A stretch of DNA of 64,000 nucleotides from a virus (Duplodnaviria; Heunggongvirae; Uroviricota; Caudoviricetes): IMG/VR virus record IMGVR_UViG_3300042894_001948, one strand, 5' to 3'. The translations under genes and the position numbers were made by a program. The notes under the pieces were generated by a model. That model did no database searches and had not been told where the DNA came from. It saw nothing but the letters and a program-made list of their open reading frames with translations. Below are positions 55,867-64,000 of this stretch, piece after piece (position 1 is the stretch's first letter; each line of letters begins with the position of its first letter).

Positions 55867-58800
55867 ATGGCTCAAACAGAAACAGAACGCCTTACCGAAG
55901 CAATAGAAACACTCAATAGAAATCTTAACAGAGGCGGAGGCAGCGTTGCTCCTAGCAGTAGACCAATTTCTCAAGGTTCAAACTCTGGATCCGGAGTAAC
56001 TGATCGATTTGTAGATATGGTAGGTGCTACTACCGGCGCTCTTAAACGTGTTTGGGAAGGTAGTTCAAAAGTAGCAGATGGATTTCATGTGCTAACTGGT
56101 GCATTGCAAAATAATGGGGGCTTGCTTGGTAAAACACTTGGTGATTTAGCTAATAAAGTTGGTGACTCTGTACTTGATGCACATAAAAAGAATACTGAAT
56201 TTGGCGAATACGGTGCCAACTTTAACAATAACTTAGGAGAAATGGATCGGTTAGTTAAAGGTGCAAGATTAACACATGAAGAATACGGTGATATTCTTAA
56301 AAGAAACGCAACTGAACTAAATGGATTAGGTTCTACAATGAACCGGTCACAAGTTAACTTCTTAGAATTTACAAAAGGGTTACAAGAATCAGATGTAGTT
56401 AGCAAATTAAAAGAATTTGGACTACAAACTGAGGATGTTACCGAAGTAGCTAAAGCAGCAATGGCTAGTCAACGCGGTATTGACATGTCAGATATCGAAA
56501 CTAAGAATGCTGCAATTGATTCTGCTATTCGACTAACTGCGTCAATGGATGAAACTACTCGTGTAACTGGTTTAAGTAGAAAAGCACAAGAGGATGACCT
56601 AAGAAAACGTAACGAAGATGCAGTTGTTCAAGTTGCATTATCTAGATTAGACAAAGATGCACGTAATAGATTTAACGAATCCATGGGAGAGATGGCAGGA
56701 ATGCCAGAAGCTGCTAAACGTGTATTCCAAGAAACATTTACAGGCGGATTACGCACCAAAGAAGGTGCAGAATCTATGGCTGCAATGGGTAGTGCTGGTC
56801 CAGAATTGCAAAAAGCTGCAGAAGCAATGAAGAATGCAAGAACCGACGAAGAAAAAACTGCAGCTAAAGTTCAAATGCAGAAAGCTGTTGAAGCAGTCGA
56901 TAAATGGCAAAATTCTGATGGCTTTAAAGACATGGTGCAATATGGTCAAGGCGGTGTTACTAATCGAGCCATTGAAGCACAAACAAATAATAAAGAATTG
57001 CCTCAGATTCAAACAAAGATAGACGAAGAAAGAAATAAAGGTAATAATATTGATGAAGCTACTGCTAGACGAATGATTCGCGCAGAAGTTCATAACAATC
57101 AAAAAGGTGAAGACGAAAAAGGTGAAAAGTTTAAAGGTTCAGAAGTTGATACTACTCTAAACAAAGCTGATCGTACATTAAAAGACATGTCAGCCGGTGC
57201 ATCTAAGGTGTTTGGTGACTTAGTTGAATCAGGAAATAAACTAGTTAACACATTTAGTGGCATTAACGATGCACTTAAACCTAGAACACAAGAACAAGCA
57301 ACACCCGGAAACATGGCTAAAGAGATTACTGATGGGTTTAAATCAGCTATACCGTTAAGTGATGCTCATAAAAAAGCTCAAGAAGCTAGTAACAATGCAA
57401 CAAAATTAACTCCAGAACAATCAGGTGCATCACCTAAATGGCATTTTGCCGATGGTACTCCTCAATTTGAAAAATTCTTATCAGGAGGTGGCGGTTTTAA
57501 AGACATGTTTACACCTTTTGATCCTAAAGGTGAGCTTGCAGAGCTACACGGTAATGAAATTGTAGCTAATGAAGATCAAATGAAACGATTCATTCAGCAA
57601 ATGATGCCACCTGCATCTCCGTCGGCTGAACAAAAACAATCAAAAGCATCTGCACCGTCTACTACAGATGTTAAAGATACTGCAAAACCAACAGATCAAA
57701 CTGCAGCTACACCACAACTAACAGATCTAGGCAAAACGTTTACAGATATTAATACTGAAATGAAAGGTGTTGCTAAACAGTTTGGTGAAATTGCTGAGAA
57801 ATTTAAAAACATTACATTTGCTCCTCAAGCAAAAGAAATGCATGAAACAGTTACTAAAGCAATTGAAAAAGCTACTCCGCAAACTAAAACTGCAGTAGTT
57901 AAACCAGTTGAACCACCTAAAGCTGAAGTTAAACCAGAAGTTAAACCAGTTGAACCACCTAAAGCTGAAGTTAAACCAGAAGTTAAACCAGTTGAACCAC
58001 CTAAAGCTGAAGTTAAACCAGAAGTTAAACCAGTTGAATCTAAACAATCAGAAATAGCAAAAGCTGAAATGAAACAACTAGCTACTACTATTAAAGCTGG
58101 TATTACTAAAGAAGAAAAAACAGAACAAAAATCTGCAGATAATCCTTTTAAATTAGTAGAACAGCAATCTATTGCACAGTTAGGTGAACATTTTAACAAA
58201 ATTATTGGCACTCAATCAACTCCAAAAGCCAAGACTCCTGAAGAATTAAAAACACTTGAAGAAGGAACTGATTTACCAAAAGGTAGTTTTAAACAAACTA
58301 AGTGGGATGTTGATACTAGTTGGGCAAAAGACAAATTAAAAGAACTTAGTACGCGAACCGATGAAGATGCAAAGCATGATCGTCCAATTATTGAATCACA
58401 ACTTGCAGATTTATTAAAACAAGGACGTCCTGCAGACGACCCTGCAGTTACTGCTGTTGCTAAACATATGGAAGATTTAGGTAAATCAGTTACTGGTTCG
58501 CTAACTGAAGTTAAGTCAGCATCAGCTGAAAAATCTAAAACTACAGTTGCTCCTCCGCCTAAACCTAAAGCGCCTGATGTTTCTAAGTTAGACGAAAGCC
58601 TAATTAACTTAGCTAAGTTTAAACAATCAATGAATTCTGGCGATATATCTAAAATTGGTATGTCGCAAATGGATCTTAGTGACTCTGGTAAAGCTGCAGA
58701 AGACAAATTAGGACCGTCCGCAGCTCGTGCAGCATTACAAAAGAAACGTGAAGCATTAGAAAACGCATCTTTTGACTATGAGCAAATGAAAGCAGACAAT

Positions 58801-60054
58801 ACTAAGCCAAATGCCGAATCTGCAGAGAAATTAGCTAAGAAAAAAGAAGAAGTTGCAAAATTAGCACTTACATATGAAGACGATCTAATCAAAACTAAAG
58901 GTAAGTTAAAACTTCATGCTGAAGAAGAAGCTAAACATGCCGAAGTTAAAAATAAAACTGCTAAAGAAGCACAAGCAAAACAAGTTGCACAAGCATTAGA
59001 AGCTGAAAAGACCTTTATGAAAGAGCATGGTGCAACTGCAAAGTCATTAGCTGAAAAACCTAAAGTAACTGATAAGCCTATTAAGGAAATGACCGATGCT
59101 GAAAAGAATTTTGCAATGTATAGTAGTGGTAATAAACCACCACCATTAAAACCTGAAGGTATAAAACCAGTTACTGATCCTAAATTTGATCAGTTGCGTG
59201 AACAGCTTGGAAGTTCTTTTAAATCATTAGATGCAACTATTAAACCTGCAGGATTACCAAAATTAGAAGATATTACTACTAAATATGAACCACCTAAAGA
59301 AGAACCAAAAGAAAAAGGGTTCTTTGATTCGATATCAGATACATTTAGTGATGTAGGTTCGTCTATTTCTGGAATATTTAAAGGAGATAATAAACCTGGA
59401 TTTGCCAAAGGCAATGTAAAATACGAAGAAATTCCACAAGCAGAAATAGATGCTAAAAATAAACGCATGCAAGAAAGCATCGGAACAATAGATAATAGTC
59501 CAGAAGCAATTGCAGCGCAAAAAGCAGAGCTTGATAGACAGCATTCAAGTTATTATAAACAAAAACCTGATATTAAAGATGATAAATCTAAAGAACCTGC
59601 TAAAATTGATGATAAACCTAAAGTTGAACCATCTAAAGCTGACATTAAGAAGCCGCCTGAAACAAAAGAGCAGGCACATGTTAAGGAAATGTACAAAAAG
59701 TTTGGATTAGAAACATTTAATGACTACAATACTAGAGTTTCGGCTGAAGTAAAACAATCACATGCGTCAATTAAAGATGTAAAACCGGATCATGCAGCGT
59801 TATCAAAGAAAGACATTGAACAACCTAAACCTACAGAAAAACCTAAACCGATAGAGCCACCTAAACCAGTACAACCACCACCTGTAGCTCCTGCTATAGT
59901 ATCAAAAGAAACAACATTAAAAGATCTACACGAAGCGTTAATACAGTTAAATAAGACTATGGCACAAATGGCCCAACATACCGATACTATTAGCAGTAAT
60001 AGTCATAAACAAGTCAAAGCAACTAAAGGATTATCAGGTAACTTGTTGGGATAA
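55867..60054 (+). CDS. Tape-measure-like protein with a long Lys/Glu/Pro-rich C-terminal region
   Basis: Helical Ala/Gly/Glu-rich N-terminal 500 aa; FADGT..LAELHGNEIV motif; next to the chaperone gene; terminal L..LNK.M..M helix. Confidence 0.6.
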   Translation: MAQTETERLTEAIETLNRNLNRGGGSVAPSSRPISQGSNSGSGVTDRFVDMVGATTGALKRVWEGSSKVADGFHVLTGALQNNGGLLGKTLGDLANKVGDSVLDAHKKNTEFGEYGANFNNNLGEMDRLVKGARLTHEEYGDILKRNATELNGLGSTMNRSQVNFLEFTKGLQESDVVSKLKEFGLQTEDVTEVAKAAMASQRGIDMSDIETKNAAIDSAIRLTASMDETTRVTGLSRKAQEDDLRKRNEDAVVQVALSRLDKDARNRFNESMGEMAGMPEAAKRVFQETFTGGLRTKEGAESMAAMGSAGPELQKAAEAMKNARTDEEKTAAKVQMQKAVEAVDKWQNSDGFKDMVQYGQGGVTNRAIEAQTNNKELPQIQTKIDEERNKGNNIDEATARRMIRAEVHNNQKGEDEKGEKFKGSEVDTTLNKADRTLKDMSAGASKVFGDLVESGNKLVNTFSGINDALKPRTQEQATPGNMAKEITDGFKSAIPLSDAHKKAQEASNNATKLTPEQSGASPKWHFADGTPQFEKFLSGGGGFKDMFTPFDPKGELAELHGNEIVANEDQMKRFIQQMMPPASPSAEQKQSKASAPSTTDVKDTAKPTDQTAATPQLTDLGKTFTDINTEMKGVAKQFGEIAEKFKNITFAPQAKEMHETVTKAIEKATPQTKTAVVKPVEPPKAEVKPEVKPVEPPKAEVKPEVKPVEPPKAEVKPEVKPVESKQSEIAKAEMKQLATTIKAGITKEEKTEQKSADNPFKLVEQQSIAQLGEHFNKIIGTQSTPKAKTPEELKTLEEGTDLPKGSFKQTKWDVDTSWAKDKLKELSTRTDEDAKHDRPIIESQLADLLKQGRPADDPAVTAVAKHMEDLGKSVTGSLTEVKSASAEKSKTTVAPPPKPKAPDVSKLDESLINLAKFKQSMNSGDISKIGMSQMDLSDSGKAAEDKLGPSAARAALQKKREALENASFDYEQMKADNTKPNAESAEKLAKKKEEVAKLALTYEDDLIKTKGKLKLHAEEEAKHAEVKNKTAKEAQAKQVAQALEAEKTFMKEHGATAKSLAEKPKVTDKPIKEMTDAEKNFAMYSSGNKPPPLKPEGIKPVTDPKFDQLREQLGSSFKSLDATIKPAGLPKLEDITTKYEPPKEEPKEKGFFDSISDTFSDVGSSISGIFKGDNKPGFAKGNVKYEEIPQAEIDAKNKRMQESIGTIDNSPEAIAAQKAELDRQHSSYYKQKPDIKDDKSKEPAKIDDKPKVEPSKADIKKPPETKEQAHVKEMYKKFGLETFNDYNTRVSAEVKQSHASIKDVKPDHAALSKKDIEQPKPTEKPKPIEPPKPVQPPPVAPAIVSKETTLKDLHEALIQLNKTMAQMAQHTDTISSNSHKQVKATKGLSGNLLG
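57897..58038 (+). repeat. 42 bp tandem repeat, 3 exact copies plus a partial (KPVEPPKAEVKPEV)
   Basis: AAACCAGTTGAACCACCTAAAGCTGAAGTTAAACCAGAAGTT at 57901, 57943, 57985. Confidence 0.95.
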
Positions 60055-60077
60055 GATAAAAACAAAGGAAATTATAT

Positions 60078-61826
60078 ATGACATGGCGAAAACACTTTTC
60101 ACCAGTTGATATTGACTACGAATATAATCGTTCTTCAAATACAACTCAAAATTCTAAAGCAGGACCAGCTAGGACCAACTATTCTAGCTACTTGCCGGAC
60201 GTTTATACCGGTAGTCCTAACCGTATTGACCGTTATCAACAATACGAAGTAATGGATAGCGACCCAGAGATTAATGCTGCATTGGATATTCTTGCTGAAT
60301 TTTGCACACAAAAGCTAAAAGACGGTAAAAGTCCATTTACAGTACGATGGAATAGCAAAGGTACTAACTCTGAAATACGAATTTTAGGTGAATATTTGCA
60401 ACAATGGAATAAACTGCAACAATTTGATACTAAAATCTTCCGTATTGTGCGCAACGTGTTCAAATATGGAGATGCTTTCTTTATTAGAGACCCTGAAAAT
60501 CAAAAATGGAATTGGGTTGACCCTAGTAAAATTGTAACAGTTATTGTAAATGAAAGCGACGGAAAGAAACCTGTACAATATATTATTAAAGATCTAGCTC
60601 CTAACTTTGAAAATCTTGTTGCAACTCGCATCACACCTAACATTAATCCTAGACAATCAGGCGGCGGCATGACATCCGGAGCAGGCTATATGGGTGCACC
60701 TGGTGCTCAAAAAGGTGCTAGCGGTCCGTATCCTAGCTCAAGTAGTGGTTCTAGATTTGGTTTAGCTGAAACAGAACATGCAGTTGACGCAGAACATGTT
60801 GTTCATTTGTCACTTTCTGAAGGATTAGATAACAATTATCCATTTGGTAACAGCTTGTTGGAGAATATTTTTAAAGTTTATAAGCAAAAAGAACTTTTAG
60901 AAGATGCTATTTTAATATATCGTATACAAAGAGCTCCAGAAAGACGTGTATTTCACATTGACGTAGGTAATATGCCTAGCCATTTAGCTATGGCATTTGT
61001 AGAAAGAGTTAAAAATGAGATACATCAACGTAGAATTCCTAGTCAAAGTGGCGGCGGACAGAACGTAATCGACAGTGCATACAATCCATTAAGTATAAAC
61101 GAAGACTATTTCTTCCCTCAAACTGCAGAAGGACGTGGTTCTAAAGTTGAAACATTGCCAGGCGGTACTAATTTAGGCGAAATTGATGACTTAAAATTCT
61201 TTACAAACAAATTATTCCGTGGTTTACGTATACCAAGTAGCTACTTACCAACTGGCGCAGACGATTCGCAAGCAAGTTTTAATGACGGTCGTGTAGGTAC
61301 AGCATACATTCAAGAGTTAAGATTTAACAAATACTGTGAAAGATTGCAAAGTTTAATCACAGAAGCGTTTACAAATGAATTTAAGATGTATATGTATGGT
61401 CGTGGCGTTAATATTGATGCAAACTTGTTTGAATTAGCGTTTAATCCCCCAATGAACTTTGCTAGTGCTCGTCAAGCAGGACTAGATTCGGAAAGAATTA
61501 ATACATTTAATACAATTCAAGCAGTGCCTTACATGAGTAAACGCTTTGCATTGAAAAGATTTTTAGGATTATCAGAAGATGAAATGGCAGAAAACGAAAG
61601 ATTATGGGGTGAAGAACAAGGTAAAGGTCAGCCTACACATACAGATGCCGCAGGAGAACTACGCAGTGCAGGTTTATCCGCAGCAGGTATGGAGGGAGAT
61701 ATGGGAATGGCAGGAAATTTATCTGCTCCTGCTGATATGGACCTGGGTATGGATCAAGGAATGGGCGGTATGGGTCAAGGCATGCCACCAGCAGCGCCAA
61801 TGGGCGGCGCTGCACCACCAATGTGA
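60078..61826 (+). CDS. gp20: Portal protein, gp20-like
   Basis: LEDAILIYRIQRAPERRVFHIDVGNMP, EDYFFP, GSKVETLPGG. Confidence 0.93.
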   Translation: MTWRKHFSPVDIDYEYNRSSNTTQNSKAGPARTNYSSYLPDVYTGSPNRIDRYQQYEVMDSDPEINAALDILAEFCTQKLKDGKSPFTVRWNSKGTNSEIRILGEYLQQWNKLQQFDTKIFRIVRNVFKYGDAFFIRDPENQKWNWVDPSKIVTVIVNESDGKKPVQYIIKDLAPNFENLVATRITPNINPRQSGGGMTSGAGYMGAPGAQKGASGPYPSSSSGSRFGLAETEHAVDAEHVVHLSLSEGLDNNYPFGNSLLENIFKVYKQKELLEDAILIYRIQRAPERRVFHIDVGNMPSHLAMAFVERVKNEIHQRRIPSQSGGGQNVIDSAYNPLSINEDYFFPQTAEGRGSKVETLPGGTNLGEIDDLKFFTNKLFRGLRIPSSYLPTGADDSQASFNDGRVGTAYIQELRFNKYCERLQSLITEAFTNEFKMYMYGRGVNIDANLFELAFNPPMNFASARQAGLDSERINTFNTIQAVPYMSKRFALKRFLGLSEDEMAENERLWGEEQGKGQPTHTDAAGELRSAGLSAAGMEGDMGMAGNLSAPADMDLGMDQGMGGMGQGMPPAAPMGGAAPPM

Positions 61827-61832
61827 TAAATA
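61826..61832 (+). promoter_or_regulatory. Late promoter motif ATAAATA
   Basis: Overlaps the portal stop; only 5 nt before ATG 61838. Confidence 0.5.
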
Positions 61833-61837
61833 GATAT

Positions 61838-62074
61838 ATGATATTAAGAGAACTTTTTTATATTGACCCTAACACTCGGCATGTTGCAAGTGAGTTACGG
61901 TATGATTCTGAAAACGATAGCGGAAGTTTACATCGTTCAGATACACGTAAGACTAGACTGTCACTTAGACAAATAAACGAATTACGTAAGAGCAGTGAAG
62001 CTCATATTTTAGAACAAGAGGTTGAATTACAATTTATTAACACAATGTATTCAACACCTGCACCCGCTGCATAA
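61838..62074 (+). CDS. Small prohead-region protein (MILRELFY...)
   Basis: 78 aa between portal and scaffold-like genes; RKTRLSL.QIN.LRK core. Confidence 0.7.
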   Translation: MILRELFYIDPNTRHVASELRYDSENDSGSLHRSDTRKTRLSLRQINELRKSSEAHILEQEVELQFINTMYSTPAPAA

Positions 62075-62077
62075 ATA
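62071..62077 (+). promoter_or_regulatory. Late promoter motif ATAAATA (a GTAAATA variant also at 62142-62148)
   Basis: Upstream of the acidic head protein. Confidence 0.45.
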
Positions 62078-62191
62078 AAATCTAAAATGTTTAAAAAAAC
62101 ACCGGTTTGACCCTATTTTTGCATTCTTTTTAATAAGTAGTGTAAATATAAGACAGCCTTGTAGAAAACGAAACTATCACAGGAGATTAAC

Positions 62192-63073
62192 ATGACTGAC
62201 CGCAAAAAATTTGAAGCCATGCTTGAGGCATTGATCAATGAAGATCATGAAGCAGCAAAAGATATATTTCACAATATTGTTGTAGCAAAATCACGCGAAA
62301 TTTATGAAAATTTATTAGAAAACGAATTTACAGATGAAGAAGAAGTTGGCGAAGCATTTGGCGATGATGACGAAGAAGGCGAAGACGACTCAGAAGACGA
62401 CTCAGAAGACGATACAGAAGACGACGGAGAGTTTGGCGGATTCGGAGATGACGATGCAGAAGACGACGGTGAGTTTGGTGATGAAGAAGGCGACGACGAA
62501 TTTGGTTCTGATGACGAATTTGGTTCTGATGACGAATTTGGCGACGAAGAAGGCGGCGATTTAGCCGGACTACAAGACGAAGTTCATGATTTAAAAGATT
62601 CATTAGACGATCTAAGAGCAGAATTTGAACAATTAATGGCTGGTGAAGATGATGAACCAGAACACGCTGATATGTTTGGTGGCGATGACGAATTAGGCAT
62701 GGGCGATGACGAATTAGGCATGGGCGATGACGAAGAAGTTGACGAATTCCAAAGTATGTTTGAATATGTTAACAAAGTTGCATTACCAAAACACGGTGAC
62801 AACGGCATTAACAACAAAAGCATTTTTAACAAACCAAAATACAATGACATGGGCGGCGTAGCTCCTAAATTTGGTGGCACAGCTACTGGTGAAGGTACAC
62901 AAGGCGGATTGTTAAAACCTACTACATCTAAAATGGATGGCGGTAATCAAAATGTTCCTGGTAATGCAAAAGCTCCTAAATTAAAACCAGTTCCAAAAGG
63001 CCACGGTGCAGAGAAAAAATCTTCAGGTGATAATGGAACTAACAAAAGAAGTTTAATCCCAGGCAGAAAGTAA
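62192..63073 (+). CDS. Highly acidic prohead core / scaffold-like protein with a basic C-terminal tail
   Basis: 293 aa, Asp/Glu-rich middle; between portal and protease; AGGAG RBS. Confidence 0.6.
   Translation: MTDRKKFEAMLEALINEDHEAAKDIFHNIVVAKSREIYENLLENEFTDEEEVGEAFGDDDEEGEDDSEDDSEDDTEDDGEFGGFGDDDAEDDGEFGDEEGDDEFGSDDEFGSDDEFGDEEGGDLAGLQDEVHDLKDSLDDLRAEFEQLMAGEDDEPEHADMFGGDDELGMGDDELGMGDDEEVDEFQSMFEYVNKVALPKHGDNGINNKSIFNKPKYNDMGGVAPKFGGTATGEGTQGGLLKPTTSKMDGGNQNVPGNAKAPKLKPVPKGHGAEKKSSGDNGTNKRSLIPGRK
62495..62541 (+). repeat. 18 bp tandem repeat (DEFGSD)
   Basis: GACGAATTTGGTTCTGAT x2 plus a partial. Confidence 0.9.
62681..62734 (+). repeat. 21 bp tandem repeat (GDDELGM)
   Basis: GGCGATGACGAATTAGGCATG x2 plus a partial. 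Confidence 0.9.
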
Positions 63074-63076
63074 TAT

Positions 63077-63703
63077 ATGTTACATCTCCGAGAAAACCTT
63101 AGCTTCAACGAAGCACAAATGATCGTTGAATCTGACGAACGGGACGGTAAAAGTTTGCATATGAGTGGTATTTGCATTCAAGGTGGCATTCGTAATGCTA
63201 ACCAACGTGTTTATCCTGTAAGTGAGATTAGCAAGGCTGTTAAAACCCTTAACGATCAGATTCAAAATGGTTATTCTGTGCTTGGAGAAGTAGATCACCC
63301 GGATGATCTAAAAATAAATTTAGACCGAGTTTCACATATGATAACTAACATGTGGATGGAAGGACCGAATGGGTATGGTAAACTTAAAATTTTACCAACC
63401 CCAATGGGACAACTTATCCGTACTATGTTAGAGAGCGGAGTGAAGCTAGGCGTAAGTTCACGCGGATCCGGCAACGTTAGTGATAGCGGTAACGGTGAAG
63501 TATCAGATTTTGAGATTATCACAGTTGATATGGTTGCACAGCCGTCGGCACCGGGAGCATATCCTACACCTATCTATGAACACCTTATGAATTCAAAAGG
63601 CGGGCTTAGTTCACTCCGATTAGCGGAAGAGGTGAAAGGAGATGCAAAGGCACAACGGTATCTTAAAGAATCATTAATGAATATTATTAATGGATTAAAA
63701 TGA
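63077..63703 (+). CDS. gp21: Prohead protease, gp21-like
   Basis: NANQRVYP, LGEVDHP, GVKLGVSSRGSG, DMVAQPSAPGA. Confidence 0.92.
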   Translation: MLHLRENLSFNEAQMIVESDERDGKSLHMSGICIQGGIRNANQRVYPVSEISKAVKTLNDQIQNGYSVLGEVDHPDDLKINLDRVSHMITNMWMEGPNGYGKLKILPTPMGQLIRTMLESGVKLGVSSRGSGNVSDSGNGEVSDFEIITVDMVAQPSAPGAYPTPIYEHLMNSKGGLSSLRLAEEVKGDAKAQRYLKESLMNIINGLK

Positions 63704-64000
63704 GAACACACGCATATCTTTATAAATGGACACATATACCATCTAACAAATGGTATATAGGGTCTAGAACTAAGCAAGGATGTTTTCCAAATGACGGATA
63801 TATTTGCTCTAGTAAAGTTGTTAAGCCTATGATTTTAGAAAATCAAAATGATTGGAAGCATACAATTTTAGTTATTAGTAACCCTCAATATATTAGAGAA
63901 TTAGAAACTAGTATATTAGTATTGTTAGATGCAGCAAATGATCCAATGAGTTTTAATCGTCATAACAGTAATGGTAAATTTTCAACTGCTGGGTTAACAC
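63700..64000 (+). CDS. GIY-YIG (Seg-like) free-standing endonuclease, N-terminal part (runs off window)
   Basis: Own translation: MRTHAYLYKWTHIPSNKWYIGSRTKQGCFPNDGYICSS..IRELET..SFNRHNSNG; ATGA overlap with the gp21 stop. Confidence 0.7.
   Translation, partial: MRTHAYLYKWTHIPSNKWYIGSRTKQGCFPNDGYICSSKVVKPMILENQNDWKHTILVISNPQYIRELETSILVLLDAANDPMSFNRHNSNGKFSTAGLT

Noticed and set aside
721-61837. Longer N-termini in the ORF track (721, 1730, 4643, 45262, 46210, 52764, 61823)
   Set aside because: Downstream ATGs have better RBS or promoter geometry and avoid overlaps; starts were reassigned
57897-62734. Tandem repeats as CRISPR arrays
   Set aside because: Head-to-tail, in-frame, no unique spacers, no cas genes
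1-64000. Stop-codon reassignment or inteins, as in some jumbo phages
   Set aside because: Very long ORFs are intact under code 11, TAG and TGA serve as normal stops, and ThyX, gp46, gp47, portal and protease have ordinary lengths with no intein motifs

Overview
This 64 kb window comes from a large, AT-rich, T4-superfamily-like (gp20/gp21/gp55/gp46/gp47-type) tailed phage using the standard genetic code. 1-8131 (+): nucleotide-metabolism/replication-type module (QueE C-terminus, T4-RNase-H-type 5'-3' exonuclease, MoxR AAA+ ATPase plus DUF2201/VWA partner, ThyX, many hypotheticals), ending at a bidirectional terminator. 8180-46145 (-): tail/baseplate module with two giant ORFs (3429 aa Calx-beta/Ig-repeat fibre; 4353 aa baseplate protein with FG-GAP-like and CBM-like modules), three paralogous fibre-type proteins and gp6-, gp25-, gp5-, hub-, gp53- and gp48/54-like genes. 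46231-53234 (+): gp55-like late sigma, a repeat/nuclease/GNAT fusion, gp47, gp46, an Hjc-type resolvase and RNase HI. 53235-53928 is the only long non-coding stretch and is densely structured. Then come a gp26-like chaperone, a tape-measure-like protein, portal, an acidic scaffold-like protein, prohead protease and a partial GIY-YIG nuclease. Best leads: (1) a candidate large structured RNA or R-loop origin directly behind RNase HI; (2) a complete -1 frameshift signal joining the gp26-like chaperone to an unannotated downstream frame; (3) a nuclease fused to a Mom-like GNAT domain at the locus where T4 has its alpha-glucosyltransferase. All product calls are from motif recognition by eye; no searches were run.
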